Shown: positions 55,145 to 64,000 of the stretch, piece after piece
Numbering within the stretch: position 1 is the first letter of the stretch
Layout: the number at the start of each line of letters is the position of its first letter
Assembly: GCA_951406725.2 (NCBI GenBank)
Contig: OX597830.1
Location: 52,018,001-52,082,000 of the forward strand
DNA length: 64,000 nucleotides
From: Octopus vulgaris
Lineage: Eukaryota
Direction of reading: 5' to 3'
Translations under genes and position numbers: made by a program
The notes under the pieces: generated by a model
Databases searched by the model: none
The model's input: the letters and a program-made list of their open reading frames with translations, nothing else
What the model was told of the DNA's origin: nothing

Positions 55145-55330
55145 CAGTAAACCCTCGATAGGCTGCTACTTTGATAGGTGAACTGGAACCTTCGTCGTTG
55201 AAACCGACTGAGTATCACTTAATGACTCAGTGGGTATGTGTGTGTGTAAAGTATATATATATATATACTTTAATCTCCCCGCGATAGGTGAACCGCGATA
55301 GGTGAACCGCGATATGGCGAGGGATTACAG
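55145..55330. mobile_element. pogo/Tigger-like MITE
   Basis: TA-CAGTAAACCCTCG .. CGAGGGATTACAG-TA (11/13 TIR match, TA flanks); subterminal 14-bp repeat CCGCGATAGGTGAA. Confidence 0.6.
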
Positions 55331-55834
55331 TATATACTTATACTTGGATATTCATCGTCTAAAAAAGTTCGGCCTTTGCTTTCTCTCTATTTACATGTAT
55401 ACATGTATGGACATTTTGTATAGATACATGTTTTAATAAAACCTAGACAGTTCTATTTAATAAAACCTAAGTAGTTTTATTTGCTTATTTGCATCATTAT
55501 GTAATATTGTAGTTTAATGTATACAGCATAAAGATAGTGGCTATTTATAATTACATGCATTGGATAGGCGAGTCTAAGCAAGTTTTTTTTTTATAACATG
55601 CCTTGTGTCTCCAAGCAATTCTCGGACTGTGAGCATATGGCTTATTGAAATTAATAATGCATTTGTAAACTGAGTAACCCATATGAGAGAGTCCGAAAAT
55701 GGCTTAATTCGAAGTTACTTTCAACAAGATTCTTGTTTAAAAATAATCAATCTGTACTTTACGAAAGTATATAGTAACCCATCAGCTTAATACAAAACTG
55801 CTTGTTTTATGATTGAACATAAAAAACAAACATC

Positions 55835-55926
<92 letters not shown>

Positions 55927-56477
55927 CATATATATACATATTATACACACACACATACACAGCTTGTTCGTGAAATTGACGTGCAAGTGGCTGAGCACTC
56001 CACAGACACGTGTACCCTTAACATATTTCTCAGGGAGATTCTGCGTCACACAGAATGAGACAAAGCTGGCCCTTTGAATTACATGTTCTAGTCGTTTTTA
56101 GCTAGCTGAGTAGACTGAGCAAGGTGAAATAGTGTCTTACTGAAGGAAACAATACACCAGCGTGTATCGAAATCGTGACCTTACGATTGTGCACCAAATA
56201 CCCTAACCATTAAGCCACGTGCCATGATGTATGTTTGTATGTACGAAATGTCTATATGCTTTGTAGAACAAGCAGGAAAAGTAGAACTCAATACATGGTT
56301 ATATGTAGTTTTGATTTATTTGTTCGGCAGAATGCTACAGAAGCCGCGAGTTTCGTACATGGCGCTTATCAAACTTTGATATGATTTAGAAGCATTATGC
56401 GCACGCAAAACCCTCGACTTTTTAGACACATTTGTAATAGTGTGCGGATTGTAAAGTTTAAATGTATATATATATGC

Positions 56478-56518
<41 letters not shown>

Positions 56519-56746
56519 TATGTATGTATGTATGTATATGTGTGTATGTATATATATATGTATATATATATATTTTCATATATATATTTATATTGTGTGG
56601 TAAAAATTTAGCTTGGTTTCGGGTTCAGTCCCACTGCGTGGCACCTTGTGTAAGTGTCCTCTACTATAGCTTCGGGCCGACCAAAGCCGTGTGAGTGGAC
56701 TTGGTAGACAGACTCTGAAAGAAGCCCGTCGTTTACATGTGTGTGC

Positions 56747-56783
<37 letters not shown>

Positions 56784-57299
56784 AGTGGTCAATGGTGAGA
56801 ATCCATCCTGAACTAATGAAGGTTCTTTTTACCACTTCGTGTATAAAATATCCTGTTTTCTTAATATCTAGAATGAGTGGCTATAAGCGGGACTATCTAA
56901 TACTTGAAATCCTCAGCTCGCTTCCCCAATCATAATAGGTGAAACCTACAAGAAACCTGCGTAGAAATGTCTAATTGTTTGTATATGTACTGCAACTCAA
57001 TCAGCTAAAATGTACATATACGCTACATCAAAATACACTTGGACATTTATCCTGAAGAAATATGTGTCGGATTAGAATTTATTGATATCAATACTATGAG
57101 AAATGATTTATCAAGATATATAATTATCTTCTTTATGATGTCTTAAATACTTTGCATGGTTGCATAAAAAGGAAATGAAGTGAACTCAGGTTTAACTTAA
57201 CGAGTAAAGTACCGTTTAATTGTTTATCTTAAACAAATGTGTATATTCCCTGTCTTTCTATGTATTTAGCCAAATCGGCATTATATATACACAATTTTG

Positions 57300-57484
57300 T
57301 GTGTTCCATGATAGATAGTTAGCCACTACACACATTTTTTCTCTCCTTTTTTTCTGTGTCCCTTTCTGTAGAAGAGCGTAGGCTCGAAACGTAAAAGACT
57401 TTTTCTATTCCTGAGCGTTATACTAATACATCTGTTTGTTTTGTACACCACCTGTCTTCGTCTTTTGTTTTTTTCGAAAACTCT

Positions 57485-57488
<4 letters not shown>
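57300..57488 (+). mobile_element. Probable Penelope-like terminal-repeat fragment with hammerhead-like motif
   Basis: CTTT-CTGTAGA-A-GAGC-GTAG-GCTC-GAAA-CG-TA-AAAG at ~57362-57398; ends in (TA)n. Confidence 0.4.
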
Positions 57489-57523
<35 letters not shown>

Positions 57524-57526
<3 letters not shown>

Positions 57527-58396
57527 GGAGGGGGGTAAATAAACTTACGCAAAAGTGAAAATAGCACTGACATCTCATTTTAATTTATATATTTACCAAA
57601 ATTACATAAAAATATCTTGAAATACTAAAGAGTAAATTTATTCAATAAAACCGCCATTGGTTTCAACCACGACCTCCAGACGACTTCGGAATCTCCCTAC
57701 AACTCTTCTGAACGGTCTCCTTTTTTAGGTAGGTGAATGCTGCCATAATCCTTACCTTTAGTTCACCTTTGGTGTTACAAGGAGTTTTCTTGGTTTCTTG
57801 CTCAACTGCGCCCGACAAATAATGATCAAAGAGTTGCAGTCTAGGAAGTTAGGTGGACCGATGTTAGGGGTGATGTGGTCGCAGAAATTGTCTGACAGCC
57901 ATGACGGGTTTCTACTGTTTGTGTAGCATGGTGCAGGGTCTTGATGCCAGATATAGCATCTTCAAGGAGCCACTCTCTTGACCCAAGGCAGCACTACCTC
58001 TTCCAGGCATCTAATGTAGGTCTCGGCTTTGAGTGTGAGGCCGTGTGGGAAAAGGAATAGAGGTATAACGTCGCCATCACTAGCAATCACTCCAAACAAC
58101 ATGATGTTGACTGGATATTTGATATTTATCACTTTCGGTACATGTCCTCAGATTGCACTGTCCTCAGATTGGCACCCATGCACTATGAAATGTTCGTATT
58201 GAAGCTTCCGGTGCAAACACCAAGCAGTACAGCATATCGTTTACAAATTACTGGCCGAGAGAATTGCATCACTGTGCCAGTTTGTCATAGAAGGTGCCCA
58301 AGTGACCCTACTATACTGTGTAGCCGACAAAATCAAAAGCAAACAACGCACATGCACGAAATTAAAAATATAAATGGCGACAATTTACCCATCGCA
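57524..58396 (-). mobile_element. Internally deleted DD37D (maT) element
   Basis: Colinear with the 16108 and 50810 copies; same deletion junction; small local duplication TGTCCTCAGATTG. Confidence 0.88.
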
Positions 58397-58493
58397 GGCA
58401 AAGTTTGTGTACATATATATACGTATGTATGTATGTATGTATGTATGTATGTATGTATGTATGTATGTATGTATATATGTATGTATGTATGTA

Positions 58494-58529
<36 letters not shown>

Positions 58530-58933
58530 TGTATATATAAGTCACGGACTCTCCCGACCTACCTCACAGATGAAAATTATATAATTTTCATCTGTCTTGT
58601 CCGCCTAATTGTTCTGGTGTTCGCTGAATTTTCCTCTAGAGAATATTCTTTGTAGTTTGATCGTTGGTGATCTATTTCTAGCATACGGCCGTCTACCTAG
58701 CGGTCTTGCCCTTTGAATATACACATGTATATATATATATATATATTTATATATGTGTGTGTATTTATGTATGTATGTATATATAACTGGTAGGTATTTT
58801 TATCCAATACTTACGAGTTATAGTTTAATTCGTTTCAATATTCACTGTTCCTAAAAATTATTACTTCACGTTCTCAAAGATTCTAAATCCTTGAGTGCGT
58901 GTATATTGTATATATATATATGTGTGTGTTTGT

Positions 58934-58988
<55 letters not shown>

Positions 58989-59079
58989 CATACATACATA
59001 AATGCATGCGTGCATGCATACATACGTACATACATACATACGTAGAAACACACATCGCAGGAAAGGAGGCCGACATATT

Positions 59080-59545
59080 AAAGTATCTTTATTTGCGAAA
59101 ATTCTATAATATTAAATATTTTAATGATTACCTCAAAAGAATGTATTTATTTTGGAAGTAATTAAAGTGAGATAGAGACTATGTTATAGGGTTACGATAA
59201 CCATGTATTATTACAAAACAAAGATGAATCTGTGTTTCAATATTTACTGTGATATCTCTGTATTATTGCAAAACTTTAATGAATGGAAATGAGATTGAAT
59301 ATTTGTTGTGGTAGTTCTGTATCACGGCAACATTTGAATGTAACTATGGTGGAAGTCATGTATTTATTAATGGAAAACTTCAACGTAATTAAGGAGAAAT
59401 ATTTGTCGCGCAGTAACAGCAAAGCAGAAGATTTGAAGCCCTCTGTATTTTCAAAACTCACTTTCGTTGCCTCTGTCGCAATATATGATGAGGCTTAGTC
59501 ACAGAAAAGACTGTAGTAGCCGAAATATCTGGTAACCGGATGACG
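59080..59545 (+). pseudogene. Possible decayed Penelope-like GIY-YIG tail followed by a hammerhead-like motif
   Basis: ECIYFGSN*SEIETML*GYDNH loosely resembles YIG..R..NH; TGATGA-GGCT..AGCC-GAAA..GTA at 59486-59534. Confidence 0.3.
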
Positions 59546-59915
59546 GGCGCAATCCACTACACCTGGCTTCCTACACATCATCATCCTGAAACCAAGTTCA
59601 AATGCCAGCAATAGAACGATCTCCAATGCTATCTATGGACCAGGTGGTAGTGTTAAACCAAGGGGGGTGTATTAAGATTTACATATATCTATACATGGAT
59701 ATATACATATGTGTGTGTGAGTCTATACATATATACATACGTATATGTATATGTTGGGCGATCAGGCGGGTGGGCTGGCGTGTGTGTTAAAATGAGGTTA
59801 TCATCTCACTGAAAAATGAGAGAGATAAAATCATTGTAAGAATCGTGGAAACTGGCACTTCAAGTTACGAATAACATTGGCCGAATAAGCCAATAGGCGA
59901 AACTTGAATTTTGTA

Positions 59916-60019
<104 letters not shown>

Positions 60020-60476
60020 CACAAATGTGTGTATGGATATGTGTCTCTTTGTTTCTTTATGTATTTACTCGGGAAAACCGAAGTCTTGCCTTCCTTCATC
60101 TCAACGTAATGTTGGCATTTATTAAATATTGGTATTGTTCAAATAGTTATTAGACAGAAATAAATTAGTTTTATTCTGAGATACGGGTTCAAATCTTAAG
60201 TTGCTCAACTTTGCGTGGTCGACAAATAAAACACCACTTAATATATTTAGGATATTCTTTTCTCTCTTTGTCTTTATTTCTTTCTTTCTCCTTCACTCTC
60301 TCTTTCTCTCGCTCTCTCTCTCTCTCTCTCTGTCACTCTCACTCAGTCTACCTCCGGCTTAATTACATTTTACCGCGGCGGTTCCATCTCAGAACTCCTT
60401 TAATAGCACTCGTGCGCTTAGAACGCTCCACCGCTTTCATGTTAGGTTTAGGAGTAGGCATTTGAATACCTAAAAG

Positions 60477-60690
60477 CTGTTGTCCCCAACCTTTTATGCA
60501 GCATGAACCGAGGTATCAAGCCGATAACAAAATAATAGTGCATAATAAATGTAACTAAATTATTAAATATATATATGTATATATATATATCATGAAAAAA
60601 CAGCCAATAAAATAGAACTAAAATTTTAAAATTTATTCTTTCTGTGCAACCCGGTGCAAAAACTTGATAATAGTCTGTGGACTATAAGCA
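60477..60690 (+). mobile_element. Possible hAT/Charlie-like MITE remnant
   Basis: CTGTTGTCCCCAACCTTTT resembles the CAGnGGTCCCCAACCTTTT terminus; the other end is not recognisable. Confidence 0.25.
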
Positions 60691-60829
60691 CAATTGAATG
60701 CGCATCGACGAAGCCGATGAAGAATTCATCAAAGCCCAACAGGTGTATGATTAAACTCTCGAAATTTGCGCCTCAGAATGGTGACAGCCCAATGACTTAA
60801 GCCTGCAATACACGCACACATGCGTAGGT

Positions 60830-60886
<57 letters not shown>

Positions 60887-61258
60887 CATACACACAAACA
60901 CACACATATATATACAATTACATAATTACACGACAGAGATTAAGGGTTATCAAATTCTATATTTTTCAAGACAATGGTTTGATATCAAAGAATATCAACA
61001 CAGGCAAAGTTGTTATATTCCTTGATATTAGCAATCTGAAATATTCCATGCGCAAAATGACAGTTCTCTTATAGTGGACGCCTGACAAGTTGAAAAGTTT
61101 TCAACACATAAGCATATATAGTAAGATAAGATTGGTTAATGTTTATGTCGAATCAATGCACATCTGCTGATCATATGCATTTAGGTGCGTATGTGCGTGT
61201 GAGTGTGCGTTTATACATACATACATACATACATACATACATACATACATACATACAT

Positions 61259-61290
<32 letters not shown>

Positions 61291-61329
61291 ATTTATATGT
61301 AGGTATGTATGTCTATATATATATGTATG

Positions 61330-61377
<48 letters not shown>

Positions 61378-61647
61378 TATGTTATATATATATATATGTA
61401 TGTATATATATATATATATGTGTGTGAGTGTGTGTATGTATGTATAGATGTACATATGTATGTATATGTGTATATGTATAGCAGATGCATGTATGTTTGA
61501 CTATATATGTGTGTGTATATACATATACACACACACGCACACATATATATAATGCACTTAAACATACATACACACATATATATATATATATACACATATA
61601 TGAACACGTATATATAGAATTGCATATAGATACCTTTATATATATGC

Positions 61648-61696
<49 letters not shown>

Positions 61697-61773
61697 TATC
61701 TACATACATACATACAATGGAGGTCATTGAGAACGACAGAGACAGACAGACAGATAGAGAGAGAGAGAGATGA

Positions 61774-61886
<113 letters not shown>

Positions 61887-62099
61887 CAGACTTACCTTGG
61901 TGTGTATATATTCTTGTGTCTTTCTATATGTATATTTAAATGTGTATTAGCGACAGTTAAGGAACGAACCGTGATATAGCAGCAACTTCTACTAACTTTC
62001 CTAACAGTCTTTTATAAATACCATTTTATGGTGCCAGCTCATTGGTCAAAACCAAAACTTATCGATTATTTGCAAAACACACGCATTTCTCACTGAACA

Positions 62100-62900
62100 T
62101 TTATTATCTCCGCCTTATCTTCCTTGTAGTTCTTGATTTTATTCTCTCTCTCTTTGTCTCTCGTCCCACTCACTAACTCCATCTCTCACCCTCCCTAACA
62201 CTTCATTTTTATCATCTAGATCCCCCTTATTTTTCTATATATCTATCTATCTATCAATCAAACAATCTATCTATCTATTTATTAGTCTGTCTTTATTTTT
62301 CAGTTTTGTTTTAGAGTTAGCTAACTCTCTCTCTCTCTCTCTCTCATTCACTTCCGCCCGTTCTCTCCTTTCTCTCCCCCTCTCCTTGTATCCCACTCAT
62401 TTTAGAAATGTCTAACACGCTACGTTTACACAAACAAACACAGACACTCTCCTTTTCTCCCTCCTTCTGTTTCTCTCTCTCTCTCTCTCACTCACTCTAT
62501 CTCTCTCTCTCTCTCTCTCTATCGCTATCCCTCTTCCCAACTCTGTTTAAGTTATCTAACACTTCCATCTCACACTCCATACTTTCCTCTTTATTTAGAA
62601 TAATCGAAACTTACAAACACACACACATACACACGCACAAACAAACGCACACACTCTCACTTTCCCTCAACTTATTTCACAATCTGTTTACGCTCTTCTA
62701 AATGCCCCTCCTCTTCTCTCTCTCACTCTCTCTCACTCTCTCTATCTCTCTCTCACACACACACTCACACACACAACATCCCACTCAGCTTAAGTGGCAT
62801 CTCATTCACTTTCTTCATCCCCCCACCTCTCTCTCTGCATCCCACTCAGTGCAGGATCAACTTACTTCCTGGACCACACCCACCCCGAAATACCTGAAGA
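62100..62900. repeat. Pyrimidine-rich low-complexity (CT)n/(CA)n region
   Basis: Direct reading; source of the 243-aa spurious ORF. Confidence 0.85.
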
Positions 62901-62994
62901 ATATTAAACCAATTTTTATATGGTTATCTTACTTTTACTTTCACTTTTACTTTCACATTCTCTGTCTAGCCCTCTATCTATATCTATATATCTG

Positions 62995-63099
<105 letters not shown>

Positions 63100-63111
63100 T
63101 TATATATATAC

Positions 63112-63142
<31 letters not shown>

Positions 63143-63424
63143 TACATATATACATATATAAATATACAGACGTCATATACATACATGCATACATATATAT
63201 TTGGATATACACCTTCAAACAGCGTATCAACTCCAATGACTGCGCAAATGATGCATACACACACATGTATGTATATGCATGTAGATACATATATAGATAT
63301 ATATATATATGATTATATTGTGTATATATATTTATATTGTGTATATATATTAACAGTGTATGAGTGTTCAGTTTTCACACGCTTTCTCCCACTCTCTTTC
63401 TCTCTCTGCCTTGATATACATATG

Positions 63425-63526
<102 letters not shown>

Positions 63527-63770
63527 GAATGAGAGAGAGAGAGAGATGTAGAGATATTATACATTTTATATATTAGAAAGAGAGAGGGAAAGAGAGAGGG
63601 AAAGAGAGACAGAAAGACAGATAGATAAATAATTATCTACAAATAAACACACCTATACAAAAATAAATAAATGCATGCACAAATACATACCTACTTACAT
63701 ACGTACATAATACATTCATACATACATGCATACATACATACATACATACATACATACATACATACATACA

Positions 63771-63801
<31 letters not shown>

Positions 63802-64000
63802 GCTCATAAATAAGTATATATATGAATGTATGTAGATATGAATATATATATGAATGTATTTATAAGCCTGAGAAGAGAGCACAATGCATTGGGAAAGGAT
63901 TGAAATAGTACAGACCCCTACCTATGTATATATTAGTACTATATTAATATATATGCACATATATGTATGCATGCATGTTTGATATATATATATATATATA

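Overview
Eukaryotic, AT-rich, non-coding (intergenic or intronic) window with extreme microsatellite density and dozens of tRNA-headed SINEs. This composition is typical of an Octopus (coleoid cephalopod) genome, which is an inference from repeat content. I find no intact host protein-coding gene: nearly all ORFs in the track are microsatellite or repeat read-throughs. The recognisable coding remnants all come from transposons: a Helitron Rep/helicase pseudogene (~18.9-21.6 kb, 3' end at 22293), four internally deleted or partial DD37D (maT) mariner-like copies, and RTE, CR1-group, L1/Tx1 and possibly Penelope-like fragments. The most notable structures are (1) a three-junction, microhomology-joined templated insertion at 30.6-31.1 kb copied from two local donors, (2) SINEs retroposed as variable-copy concatemers with one invariant internal junction, (3) several decayed minimal hammerhead-ribozyme-like motifs, (4) a ~555-bp element flanked by (TTA)n, and (5) several head-to-head or fold-back structures. 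All alignments and translations were done by eye.
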